A stretch of DNA of 24,705 nt from the IMG/VR virus record IMGVR_UViG_3300043414_001131, positions 1 to 24,705 of that record. One strand, given 5' to 3'. The DNA is from a virus. Taxonomy: Duplodnaviria; Caudoviricetes. Made by a program: the position numbers and the translations under genes. Position 1 is the first letter of the stretch. Each line of letters opens with the position of its first letter. Shown piece by piece: positions 1-9,417 of this stretch. The notes under the pieces are model-generated. The model had not been told where the DNA came from. It made no database searches and saw nothing but the letters and a program-made list of their open reading frames with translations.

Positions 1-2118
1 GGCGGTGGTGATCTTGGAGACTAGGCCCTGATCGAGTTCCGCGGCAGTGGCGGCGGTGTTGAACGCGGGCGTGCTGGTGAGTTCCCGAACGTGCTGGATG
101 AGGTCGTTGTAGCCTTGGAGCGGGTGCTCGACTTCATTGAGCGGTACGTTGGCCGCCTTGTACTTGGCGCGGATGTCTTCGATGGCCTTGGAGACTTCGG
201 GCGTCGCGTTGTTGAGGACGTAGAGCGTGCGGTGCGGATCGGGCACGTCGGCGAGGAACGGGAGGTAGCCGTGATCGAGCTCATGCTTTACCGCGTCGTC
301 CAGCGTCATGGTGGGGACGGTGGGACCGGGCTTCTGCGGCGCGACCTTGGGCTTGCTGCCGAATGGATTGAAGACGAAGCCGGGCCGCGAGCCGCCAAGC
401 ATCTTGGGTGCCTTGGCGGGCTTCTGCGGCGTGAGGAACGACTCAAGGTTGATCTTGTATTCGGGCCCGAGGTTTGAGTGGTCTACCAGCGAGTTCCACA
501 GCGCCTGCGTGTCGCGGATCGCCTGCGGGTCAATCTTTTTGTTGTCGTGAACACGGATGTTCATTCCCGGGTTATCTGCGGTTCCACCAAGCAAGAAATC
601 AGCGTGGTTGTGGTGCCCCGCCAAGCGGTTGTAGATGTTCCCGATTGCGACCCAAGGATCAAACTTGATCATGTCCGGGAGGTTCTTGTTGGTCAGATAC
701 ACACCAACGTCCAGCGAGTTTGTTGGCGGATTCACATGAACCGCGTCAAGTCCTTCGGCTGCTCGTGCTGGTGCCACCCCGGATGCATCAACGACAGACT
801 GAACCCACCCTGCATGAACAGTGTTGTCAAGCGATGTGCGTTCGTCGAGCATGGCCAACACGTCGGGATGGTCGTAGGCGGCGGACGTACTGAGCCCACT
901 GGCTTCAAGTTCGGAAACTCGCGCCTCGATCTTGGAGTTGAGTTGCTCCGACTGCTGGGCCGCGTTCATCATGCCTTCGGCGTCAGGTGCCACAACTGGC
1001 TTTCCTGACGGGAATGGGATGTCCGGCTCACCCGTGAACGTGAGTGGGGCGGGGGCGGCGGGCGCGTCTGCTGGCGGCGGAACATCGGTGGCCGCTGTGG
1101 CAACGGCGGTGGGGGTGTTCGCTTCTGGTGCAACAGCATCAAACGGCGGCGCATCGGGCCCCGCGGCGGCTGGATCTGGTTCGGGCCGCTGAGCGAGAAC
1201 GCTGTCGGGCACTTCGTTGAGTGCTGTGTTCGGCGCGTCATTCACCACTGGCGGCGGTACGGGCGTCTCTGCCGCGTTCGCAACCACTGGGGCTACATCG
1301 ACCGGCTTGGGGCGAACGGCCGCTTCCCGTGCCATGGGCGTGCGGTCGCCGATGGTCTGGGGAATCTCCGCATTGGCAAGGTCGTTGATGCCCTTGCGGA
1401 TCATCTGCATGCGCCGCGTGCTGGGCATGCTCTTGGCGTTGTTGCCCACCGCATGGGTCAACCAACCAACACCACCACCAAAGACCGCGCCGCTCATACC
1501 CGCCATGAATTCATCGCTCAGTCCGGGCTCGTTGGCCGCGGGTTGGAACTGGCTCTGAAGCAGGTGGGACGCGATGTTGGATGCCGCGCCGAGCGCCGCG
1601 GCCTTGGCAACAACACCCAGCGTAGAACGGGCGGCAGTGATCCCGAGCGAGGCCCCGCCTGTGAACGGCGCAGCCACCATCGTTGCCACGTTGACCGGAT
1701 CGGCAACCCCCGCTGCCATCTGAAGCATGAACGGGTGCGACGAGTTGGCGACGGTCTGTGAGTCACGAACGAACTCCTGCCCGAGAGAGAGCTGCGCCTC
1801 GAACTCGTCAATCGAACCGGCGCTGTCAAACTGGCCGCGGTCGACAAGGAACTTCACCATCGGGTCGGACGCAAGCCGCGGAGTCTTGCGGATGTGATCG
1901 AAGGGGTTGAAGTTGGGATCGTCGTTGAAACCCGGCGAGTAGATCGCATCGCCGATGCCCTTCCACGTCGAAATGCCTGCCGCGGCGACCCATGCGCTCT
2001 CTTTGTTGAGCGGCTTGGGGGCCGGAGTCTCCACGCCCACGGGCGGACGCGATTCGAACATCGTGTCCATGCCGCTTGGGATTCGATCTGCCTGCGGCGG
2101 CTCAAAGGTGATGGGCAT
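1..2118 (-). CDS. Internal virion (ejection) protein, gp16-like, large; 3' end truncated by the window edge
   Basis: Absent from the ORF track because there is no stop in the window. The ATG at 2118 overlaps the upstream TAA (TAATG). Manual translation MPITFEPPQADRIPSGMDTMFESRPP...DDPNFNPFDH...AAGVADPVNVA...GAVFGGGVGWL... stays open for 706 codons to position 1. It has Gly/Ala-rich hydrophobic helices and a Pro/Ala linker, and follows the gp14/gp15-like genes. Confidence 0.8.
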   Translation of the reverse strand, partial: MPITFEPPQADRIPSGMDTMFESRPPVGVETPAPKPLNKESAWVAAAGISTWKGIGDAIYSPGFNDDPNFNPFDHIRKTPRLASDPMVKFLVDRGQFDSAGSIDEFEAQLSLGQEFVRDSQTVANSSHPFMLQMAAGVADPVNVATMVAAPFTGGASLGITAARSTLGVVAKAAALGAASNIASHLLQSQFQPAANEPGLSDEFMAGMSGAVFGGGVGWLTHAVGNNAKSMPSTRRMQMIRKGINDLANAEIPQTIGDRTPMAREAAVRPKPVDVAPVVANAAETPVPPPVVNDAPNTALNEVPDSVLAQRPEPDPAAAGPDAPPFDAVAPEANTPTAVATAATDVPPPADAPAAPAPLTFTGEPDIPFPSGKPVVAPDAEGMMNAAQQSEQLNSKIEARVSELEASGLSTSAAYDHPDVLAMLDERTSLDNTVHAGWVQSVVDASGVAPARAAEGLDAVHVNPPTNSLDVGVYLTNKNLPDMIKFDPWVAIGNIYNRLAGHHNHADFLLGGTADNPGMNIRVHDNKKIDPQAIRDTQALWNSLVDHSNLGPEYKINLESFLTPQKPAKAPKMLGGSRPGFVFNPFGSKPKVAPQKPGPTVPTMTLDDAVKHELDHGYLPFLADVPDPHRTLYVLNNATPEVSKAIEDIRAKYKAANVPLNEVEHPLQGYNDLIQHVRELTSTPAFNTAATAAELDQGLVSKITTA

Positions 2119-4556
2119 TATCGTGCCAAGTGCTTTCTCAGCATCTCGCTGTTGGTGGTCTGGGCCTTGATGAGCAAAGCCTTGTCGTCGGCAACGTACT
2201 GCTCGCGGACCTTGGTGGCCTCGATGGTCTTGGCCTGCTGCTCAAGACTTGGCGTCCACACGACCGTGTTGCCCTGATCGTCGGTCAGGAACGAACCATC
2301 GTCGAGGATGTAGCCCCAACCAATGCTCTTGCCAGATGCGTAGGGCCGCATGGTGACGACGTTGGACGGCTGGACCGCAAGGCCCTTGGCCGCAATGACC
2401 GACGCAAGATCGGCCTGTGCTTCCTGCTCGAACCCTTCGCCCCATCGGAACTGCTGCGGAAGGCGAGCGCCGCCCGGCGTGGTGACGGGCTGAACGCGGA
2501 TGGTGCCGTTCCACGGAACGTACTCGTAGGAATCCTTGATCTTGGCTTCGGCGTACTTGGTGGCCTTCTCTTGGGCTTTGTCCTTGGGCTCGGAAAGCCG
2601 TGCCATGGCGAAGTAGTCGCGGAAGTGCTGCTGGGCCCGTCGATCGGCCTGCCCGGCAAAGTCGGTGAGTCCTGTGTCTGGGTTGAGGCTGTCAAACCCA
2701 AAGAGCGTGTCGATAGCCCACGGGGGCCGGCTGTTGTTGAGCACCTTCTTGGACACGGCCCCAAGCGTGATCGATTCGTTCTTGAGCAAACTCTCCGCGC
2801 TGGGCGGGGTGGCCAACTCTGGGTTGTCCCGAAGCTGCCCCTCGAAGGTCTTGATGCGAGTGATCGCCGCTTGGTTGATTGGGTTGCCGCCCGCGTTCTC
2901 GGCCTCCATGCGGGCCTTGAGCATGACCGCCCGCTCAATGGGGCTTCCGGCCTCGCTCACAAGGTCTGCCCATGCCTTTGAATCACTCTGGGCAACGTAG
3001 TTGATCGTCGATGCCGCGGCCGACACTCTCGCCGGCTCCGCACTGGCAAGGTTGCCGACGATGGCTTGGCGGATCTGGGCGGGAACGAACCCGGCCGTCA
3101 CGACCGCACTGGACAGGCCCTGCGGGTTGGTGATGGCGTTGGTGCCGTCGATGAAGCCTGCGCCAGTGGGGCCCACGATCTGGGTGAGTGCGGAACCGTG
3201 CTCGGTCTCGGTCAGCACGCCGGTGCCACCCGTGAGAACCTTGGTGACCATGCTCTTTGCCGCGGCACCCTTGACCTGCTCGCGGGAACGTGTGATCAGA
3301 GCGTTGCGGGTGTCCTGGCTGATGTAGTTGGGATCTTGCGGATCATTGCTGAGCTTCGCATATTCGGCGCGGAGCGTTTCTTCGTCGATGAGCCCATCGG
3401 TGACAGCATTGCCGAAGGTGGAAGTGATTCGCTCGTGGGCCAGATTGCGGGCGGTATTGACCCGCTCCCGCGCGTCCGAAGGCGACAGCGTTCCGGCTGC
3501 AACCAGTTCGTCGGCCTTTGCCTTCACGTTCTCGAACGGGGCCCCGGCGTAGTTGAGTTGATCGATCTGGTACTTGGCCGCGTCCTCGATGGCCTTGTTC
3601 TTGCCAGCCGCGGCAATGGTCAACGAACGGTCCACCTCGGCCATCTTCTCGGTGTATGGGCGGGAGAGAGCACCCTTGAGTTCGTCGACGCGGGCTTGGT
3701 TGCCCTGCTTGGCCGCGGCATCCATCGCCGTGAGGACCGCAACGTCAAACTCCTCTGGCTTCATGCCGATGGTTTCGAACGCTGCTTTGGCCTCGCCGAC
3801 ATCCTTGCCGCCAACCATGGCACTTGCGAAGCTGTCAACGGTGAAGACCTTGGCATCGTGGCGGGTCTGATCGAGCGAGGCGTAGGCCGCCTTCACCAGC
3901 GTGTTTCGGGCCGCTTTGGTGAAGCCTTCCGAGTAGTAAAAGTCAGAGCCCGAAGTTTCCTGCGCGAGCAGCTCATCCACAAACTTCTCTGGGTCGCCGT
4001 TGCCCTTGTAGTTTATGCCGACCTGATCAACAAGCCGCGACAGTGAGTCGTTCGCGTTCTGGACGCCTTCGCCGAAGATCGACGTGTTTTCGGCCTTGGT
4101 CCACGCCTCAGAACCGACCGCTGGCCCATTGGCCGAACGCTCTGCGGTTGCTTCGTTGGTAGCCCGCTCAAGTTCGGCAAGGCTCACGGCCTCGTTGTTG
4201 TCGATGGAAGCAAGGGCGGACTCGAGTGCGGGCGACGGCACAAACCCGCGCCGCTGCATGACGTAGGCCCGCTGCTCTTCTGGGGTCTTGCCGTCCAGCG
4301 ACATATCCGCCAGCGAGGAATGGAAGGTCTTGATCGTGTCGGCTTCCTGCTGACGCTTGGCCGCGCGGTCCTGCTGGCGACCATCGGCAAGGATGTTGGC
4401 CGTCTGTGCCGCAAGCCCAAGAGCACTTTCCAAGGACTGGAAGATCGAGGCGCCGGAGTTCGAAGGTGCCCCCCTCACAAGTCCTGGCGAGTCGAGCGAT
4501 TCGGTGATGCCGACCGACGGGACATCAGGGCGGTAGCGCGAGGACATTCGGCTCAT
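2118..4556 (-). CDS. Internal virion protein, gp15-like (about 812 aa)
   Basis: Long helical Ala-rich ORF between the gp14-like and gp16-like genes. Start moved from the track's GTG at 4568 to the ATG at 4556 (TAATG overlap, AGAGGTG 9 nt upstream). Confidence 0.7.
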   Translation of the reverse strand: MSRMSSRYRPDVPSVGITESLDSPGLVRGAPSNSGASIFQSLESALGLAAQTANILADGRQQDRAAKRQQEADTIKTFHSSLADMSLDGKTPEEQRAYVMQRRGFVPSPALESALASIDNNEAVSLAELERATNEATAERSANGPAVGSEAWTKAENTSIFGEGVQNANDSLSRLVDQVGINYKGNGDPEKFVDELLAQETSGSDFYYSEGFTKAARNTLVKAAYASLDQTRHDAKVFTVDSFASAMVGGKDVGEAKAAFETIGMKPEEFDVAVLTAMDAAAKQGNQARVDELKGALSRPYTEKMAEVDRSLTIAAAGKNKAIEDAAKYQIDQLNYAGAPFENVKAKADELVAAGTLSPSDARERVNTARNLAHERITSTFGNAVTDGLIDEETLRAEYAKLSNDPQDPNYISQDTRNALITRSREQVKGAAAKSMVTKVLTGGTGVLTETEHGSALTQIVGPTGAGFIDGTNAITNPQGLSSAVVTAGFVPAQIRQAIVGNLASAEPARVSAAASTINYVAQSDSKAWADLVSEAGSPIERAVMLKARMEAENAGGNPINQAAITRIKTFEGQLRDNPELATPPSAESLLKNESITLGAVSKKVLNNSRPPWAIDTLFGFDSLNPDTGLTDFAGQADRRAQQHFRDYFAMARLSEPKDKAQEKATKYAEAKIKDSYEYVPWNGTIRVQPVTTPGGARLPQQFRWGEGFEQEAQADLASVIAAKGLAVQPSNVVTMRPYASGKSIGWGYILDDGSFLTDDQGNTVVWTPSLEQQAKTIEATKVREQYVADDKALLIKAQTTNSEMLRKHLAR

Positions 4557-5035
4557 TATTCGTTCCACCTCTTGATCGCCTGGCCAATGGAAAGTCCAGT
4601 GTTCACGCTGCCCAAGTAGGCCGGGAGCAAGTTGGCAACGGCTGCGGTCTGTCGGTTGCCAACCTCGGTCATGTCAGCGGCGTACCCGCTCTGGACGCGA
4701 GCGTACTGGTTGCGTGTGTTCTGGTCGATGATGCCCAAGTTGACCGAGTTCTCGTAGTCGGCCTGATTCAAAGCGGTCTCAAACGAGCCCGAAGCCGTGT
4801 CCAGACCTGCCGCAGCGGCAAGCACCCGCAAGCGGCCTTGAACCCGTTCCTTCTGGATGATGGCCTTGGACTTTTCGAGCTTGGCCGCTTCCGCGAGTTG
4901 CTTCTTCTGGGCGATGGCCGCGTTCTTGGCGTTGTCGCCGGCGTCGCTGGCGGCCTTGGCCTGCTGGGCTGCCGCGCCAGACGCTGCCACGGCGCCTGCG
5001 ATGGCGATGCCGATTGCCGCGGTTTCTGCTCCCAT
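4556..5035 (-). CDS. Internal virion protein, gp14-like
   Basis: 159 aa with a hydrophobic Ala/Gly N-terminus, Gln/Ala-rich helix and an 'AAAAGLDTASGS' motif typical of gp14-like ejection proteins; lies directly after tail tubular B. Confidence 0.75.
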   Translation of the reverse strand: MGAETAAIGIAIAGAVAASGAAAQQAKAASDAGDNAKNAAIAQKKQLAEAAKLEKSKAIIQKERVQGRLRVLAAAAGLDTASGSFETALNQADYENSVNLGIIDQNTRNQYARVQSGYAADMTEVGNRQTAAVANLLPAYLGSVNTGLSIGQAIKRWNE

Positions 5036-5604
5036 TAGTGCAGTGCCTCCGATTGCTCGTGGATGATGTCGATGCCCGAAATGACCATCGGCTTGGGGCT
5101 GGTGTCGCTGATCGTGAAACGGTTCTTCTCACCGTGGCCCATCACCCATGCGATGTACCGCCCGAAGTTGCTCACGAGGGTTCCGGTCGGCGGGGCAAAG
5201 CTCTGTGCCACATTGCCCATGGCCGATGGGCGGATGCACGTTACCGTGTAAGAGCCTGCTCGGCGATGTGCGATGGCAAGCCGCTTGACCACGGCCACGG
5301 GGGCGATGACGTTTCCCTCGCGCGACCTGCAGAACGGTTGAGAAAGTTCGAAGCTCGCCGCGTACTTGCGACCGATCGTGACCGCGATGGCCGAGTAGTC
5401 GCCTGTCACCCGCACCGTCGATGAAGTTGGCCGCGTGGGCGTGAGTGCAACGCCGTCATTGGCTCCGCTGGCTGGGACCACGCAATCAATCGTGCTGTCG
5501 GTGAACGGGAGTGTCCAAGTGGTTGACCCTGCCGAAAACGTGCCCGTTCCGCTCGCAAACTCGACCTTGCGGTCCAGATAGAGCAGGTACTGGGAAGTGG
5601 CCAT
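5035..5604 (-). CDS. Tail tubular protein B (gp12/nozzle), separately encoded C-terminal part
   Basis: 189 aa with 'YLDRKV...IGRKYAASFELSQPF...RFTISDTSPKPMVISGIDI', resembling the C-terminal domain of gp12-family proteins; TAATG-coupled to the upstream gp12 N-terminal part. Confidence 0.7.
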   Translation of the reverse strand: MATSQYLLYLDRKVEFASGTGTFSAGSTTWTLPFTDSTIDCVVPASGANDGVALTPTRPTSSTVRVTGDYSAIAVTIGRKYAASFELSQPFCRSREGNVIAPVAVVKRLAIAHRRAGSYTVTCIRPSAMGNVAQSFAPPTGTLVSNFGRYIAWVMGHGEKNRFTISDTSPKPMVISGIDIIHEQSEALH

Positions 5605-8015
5605 TAGAAGGTGTCACCCGTGACCTCGAATGAAAGAACCTCGATGAAATACTGGCTCGCGGATTCAACCAGCATGTAGACCGAGTTACGGATTGGGGCA
5701 AAGCCGCTGATGCGGTACGAAGTGTCGAACGTGTAGACCGTCCAGCAGGATTGGTCCTTGGCGTTGCCGTTCCAGTGGCCCCGGTAGACGTACATCTTGT
5801 GGTCGGAATCGGTGGCGTCGGGAAGGCACAAAACCACGCCTTCAGTTTCCACCGTGCACATCTCGCGGATGGACAGAGGAACCAGAGTCGGGCAATGGCT
5901 CGTCACGTCGGTTGCCGTGTTGTCCGAGAAGATTTGATCGAAGTAGTACTCATTGACCTGCGCGTACGAACCCCGCTCGCTGAGGTAGTACATGCGATTG
6001 CCCAAGGCGGTCGGGCGCGTGCTCCAACACTGGGCCCGGATCGCCTGCGATGACCGAAGATTCGTGAAGGTCAGGGGCTCGGTCCAAGTCACGTTGTAGT
6101 GCTCACCTGAGAACGTGAACGCCAGAATGGACTCGCGGTAGAGCACGATGAAGTCGATCTGCACCGTCCTCTGGCCGGTGAGGGGGGCGACGATCGGATC
6201 GGAATCAACTGGGTTCGAATAGGTCTCGGCGTACAGGTTGAACAGGTCGCCAGCCTGCGAAAAGACAAGGTAGTTCCCCAACGCCAGGCAGAACCGATCC
6301 TGCACAAACAGCACATCGCGGACCTTCAGGCCGTCCTGCAGGGGTTGAGGCGCCTCGTTGGTCACTTCGTCGCCGCTGAGCCGGTAGTTCCAGTCGATGG
6401 TGTCGCATGAGAACAGAGCACGGGCGGTGAATGTCCCGCCCGTCGCTGCGCCGCCTGAGAGGTTCAGTCCAGTCTTGAACTGGGTTGTGGACACGACCTC
6501 TGTTACGGTTCGCTCTGCGTTGATCGTTCCGGGGCTTCCGCCAGTTGCGCCGGCGACGGTCACCTTCTGGCCCACAACCAGCCCGTGAGCGACGCCGCTG
6601 GTGTAGATCGAGTCTGCGGCGGCGGACGCCCCGGTGAGTGCCCGAGCCGGGTAGACGGCTGGGTTGGTGCGGACTAACTTGAGAGGCATTGCTGCCGGAT
6701 TGGGGCGTGCTTGAGACTGGTTTGGGGCTGGTTTCTCGGTCCAGCGTGAGGTCAGATTCTGAGTGGTGCACGGGGTTCCGCCCGAGCCCGCCGTGGACGT
6801 TCCCGTGAAGAGGAACGGCCTGCCCGCTGCCGTGATGTCGAAGTAGCCGGTGGGTGGCGTCGAGACCGAACGGATGACCGAATCGGTGCCCTTGTAGGGG
6901 CTGGTGATCACAAAGTACCCGCCCGTTCCGCTCTCTCGCCACGCAACCAGCCCGTTGTCGCATCCGGCCTTCTGGAGCCCGGTCTGGATCTTGCTGGCGA
7001 CATCGTACAGGTCGGTTGGCGTGAGCCCCGCGTCGCTGTCGAAGTTGAAGATGACATCGTACTCGACGCCAATGCCGTTGATGACGACGTTGGCTGCCGC
7101 GGCAAGCACACAGGTGCCGCGGGCCGTGATGGTGATTTGATCGTTGCTATCGCGTGAAACGATTGTGGCCCATCCTGCCGTGACGCCAGCGCCGGAGACC
7201 ACATAGATCATGTCGCCCGCAACGAAGGTGTAGGACGCGAACGCTCCCACCTTGGTCAGCGTGTAGGTTGAACCGGAAACAAGCACGGTCGTGCACGCCG
7301 CATAGCTCGATGCAAGCCGCTGGAAACCGATGCGAAACCCCATGGGGTTGTTGGCCGCGTCGTTCCAGTTGGCACTGGTCGAGAGGTATGCGTTGGAGGT
7401 GACGGTAGGGAACTGGTACGTTCCAAAGGTCTGCGAACCGCTGCTGTAGTAGTAGTACCCCGCCGCGGCGGTGTTGCTGTTCGTGGTCGTGTGGTGGTAG
7501 GTGTTGTTGCTCTGCGCCGAAGACACCATCGTCTCGTAGGTTTCCCACGTTCCGGTGACGGTGTAGTCGGGCGACGTTGAAAGACTGGTCGCAACGCTGG
7601 TGTTGACGATGATCGTGTAGTCGGCGACCGTGATGAGCCTGATCTGCTCGCCGACCGCCCCGTTGGTGAGATAGGTGGTCGCATCGCTGCTGTGCGTCAC
7701 CGTGGCTTCAAGCAGGTCGGGTGGCTGGATGCCAAGCTCGGTGAACACACGAATCGCACCGTCGCCGTAGATCAACAGGTAGCGTTCGTTCTCGTCCCGC
7801 TCGATGGAGTGGAGGCGTGCATCGACGCCCGCGGTGACGCCGGTGATGACCTTGACAAACTTCGTCGGGGGCCGCTTGCACGCCCCATAGAGCACCGTGA
7901 AATCGACGTTGCTGGCGTCCTGAACCTGATTGGGAAACCGGATGTTGGCTGGCTGCTGGCTGATCCCGCCCGTGAGAAGCGGGATGGGCAGCGTCAGTTC
8001 ATCGGTGGGATTCAT
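5604..8015 (-). CDS. Tail tubular protein B (gp12/nozzle), N-terminal/propeller part with a large insertion
   Basis: N-terminus 'IPLLTGGISQQPANIRFPNQV...N...GACKRPPT', 'IERDENERY', 'TVADYTIIVN', and later 'QDRF...SQAGDLFN...DSDPI', 'DVTSHCP', 'DQSCW' match gp12-family motifs. Confidence 0.9.
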   Translation of the reverse strand: MNPTDELTLPIPLLTGGISQQPANIRFPNQVQDASNVDFTVLYGACKRPPTKFVKVITGVTAGVDARLHSIERDENERYLLIYGDGAIRVFTELGIQPPDLLEATVTHSSDATTYLTNGAVGEQIRLITVADYTIIVNTSVATSLSTSPDYTVTGTWETYETMVSSAQSNNTYHHTTTNSNTAAAGYYYYSSGSQTFGTYQFPTVTSNAYLSTSANWNDAANNPMGFRIGFQRLASSYAACTTVLVSGSTYTLTKVGAFASYTFVAGDMIYVVSGAGVTAGWATIVSRDSNDQITITARGTCVLAAAANVVINGIGVEYDVIFNFDSDAGLTPTDLYDVASKIQTGLQKAGCDNGLVAWRESGTGGYFVITSPYKGTDSVIRSVSTPPTGYFDITAAGRPFLFTGTSTAGSGGTPCTTQNLTSRWTEKPAPNQSQARPNPAAMPLKLVRTNPAVYPARALTGASAAADSIYTSGVAHGLVVGQKVTVAGATGGSPGTINAERTVTEVVSTTQFKTGLNLSGGAATGGTFTARALFSCDTIDWNYRLSGDEVTNEAPQPLQDGLKVRDVLFVQDRFCLALGNYLVFSQAGDLFNLYAETYSNPVDSDPIVAPLTGQRTVQIDFIVLYRESILAFTFSGEHYNVTWTEPLTFTNLRSSQAIRAQCWSTRPTALGNRMYYLSERGSYAQVNEYYFDQIFSDNTATDVTSHCPTLVPLSIREMCTVETEGVVLCLPDATDSDHKMYVYRGHWNGNAKDQSCWTVYTFDTSYRISGFAPIRNSVYMLVESASQYFIEVLSFEVTGDTF

Positions 8016-8626
8016 TGCTGCTGGCCGCCTCCGCTACCGACGCCCGCTGTGGGGAGTGGCTGCTGGTTAACCATCGGGTTGTAGAGCGGGAGAACGGGCC
8101 GCTGGCAAATCGATTCAGCCTGGCGGTACTCGTCGAGCAACAAGGCATCCTTGATGGGGTTGCCCTTGCGTTCGCGGTGGAAGTCGCGCTTGGCCCGCTT
8201 CACGATGATGTTCTGGATGTCGAGCGGGATCGTGCTGAACTCGTGGATGGTGACCACATCGAAGAAGTAGTCGCCCGCTGTGAGCGTTGCTGAGTCGAGC
8301 TCTAGGTCGTAGCCGGCGCCCGAGCGAAGGTCGATGACCTTGCGGGCGGACGGACCCACAGGCACAATGCGAATGACGCTGCTGGCGAACGTCAGAACCG
8401 TCGTGACGGTGTACTTCTTGGCAAGGGCGGTGTTGAACCTCCACCCGCGAAGAAGCTCAAACTCGATGGCACGGTCCACGATGAACTCTGCTGCACCAGC
8501 CGCGGTGCTGCCGTAGGTGAGTGTCGGCCATGTTCCGGTGGAGTCGAGGGCCGCGATTCGATCCTCGCTGATGGCCTCAAGAACCTCGTTGACGGCGGCG
8601 AGCTTTGCCCGCGAGTAGGCTGGCAT
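8012..8626 (-). CDS. Tail tubular protein A (gp11/adaptor), paralog 2
   Basis: 204 aa with 'KLAAVNEVLEAISEDRIAALD', 'RGWRFNT', 'YDL', 'FSTIPLDIQNII', the hallmarks of the gp11 family; directly precedes gp12. Confidence 0.8.
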   Translation of the reverse strand: MPAYSRAKLAAVNEVLEAISEDRIAALDSTGTWPTLTYGSTAAGAAEFIVDRAIEFELLRGWRFNTALAKKYTVTTVLTFASSVIRIVPVGPSARKVIDLRSGAGYDLELDSATLTAGDYFFDVVTIHEFSTIPLDIQNIIVKRAKRDFHRERKGNPIKDALLLDEYRQAESICQRPVLPLYNPMVNQQPLPTAGVGSGGGQQQ

Positions 8627-9087
8627 TATTCATCGCCTCCGATGAACACCCGAACGTTCGTGGTTGTAAGGCCAGCAGGGGCGATAAGACGAACGCCGAA
8701 CACTTCGCCAGCCTTGAGGCGGATCGCCCCGGGGAAGCTGTCGTTGCCCTTGTTTCCGTCCACATACTCGCTTCGGATGATGGATTCGCTGCCGGTCGGG
8801 GGTGAGCCGGTGTAGTTCTTCTGGGCGGTCGTCGTGGGGGTGCTGTCGTCCTGGCGATCGGCCTTGACAACGGTGACAGATGCCGAGCCGGTGCCGTCGG
8901 TTGTCCAAGTGACGTACTCAACGGTGACAGCCTTCTCGGTCGCTGCGCCGCCGCCTTCGAAGCTCACTTCGATGGCCGTGAGGATGATGCCGACGGTCGC
9001 GGGTGCCTTGACCGCGAGTGGCACAACGGTTGCCGATGCCGCAAGCGAAACCGTGCCAGAGTTGAATGCAAACTTGCTACCTGCCAT
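8626..9087 (-). CDS. Hypothetical beta-rich virion protein
   Basis: 153 aa, Thr/Val/Gly-rich beta pattern; TAAGGA RBS upstream; TAATG-coupled to the next gene; located in the tail module. Confidence 0.65.
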   Translation of the reverse strand: MAGSKFAFNSGTVSLAASATVVPLAVKAPATVGIILTAIEVSFEGGGAATEKAVTVEYVTWTTDGTGSASVTVVKADRQDDSTPTTTAQKNYTGSPPTGSESIIRSEYVDGNKGNDSFPGAIRLKAGEVFGVRLIAPAGLTTTNVRVFIGGDE

Positions 9088-9099
9088 GGGTGGGGTTCC

Positions 9100-9417
9100 T
9101 TAGTCTTGTGTGTCTGGGATCTTCTCGTTGGTTGGATTGGGACGGCCTGACGATGGCGGCTGAATCACGCCGCCGAACATCGAAATGGTCGGGCTGCCCG
9201 GCATCGGTGGGCCGTTGATGCCATACTCGTAGTTGCCGGTGGAGAACGATGCAGATCCGTAGGGGACAGGAACCGTGCTGAACAGGTCGCGGCGGATCTG
9301 CTTCCACCTGCGGACCAGCTCTTGTTCCTGTGCTGCTGGCAATGGGCAACACGAAAGGCGAACAATCTCACCTGTGCCGCCAGCGTCAATGGTCGCGACA
9401 GCACCGTCGCAGCTCAC
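9100..9417 (-). CDS. Hypothetical protein
   Basis: 105 aa filling the gap between gp11 paralog 1 (ATGA overlap, GAGGT upstream) and the next RBS; Pro/Gly-rich C-terminus. Confidence 0.6.
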   Translation of the reverse strand: MSCDGAVATIDAGGTGEIVRLSCCPLPAAQEQELVRRWKQIRRDLFSTVPVPYGSASFSTGNYEYGINGPPMPGSPTISMFGGVIQPPSSGRPNPTNEKIPDTQD

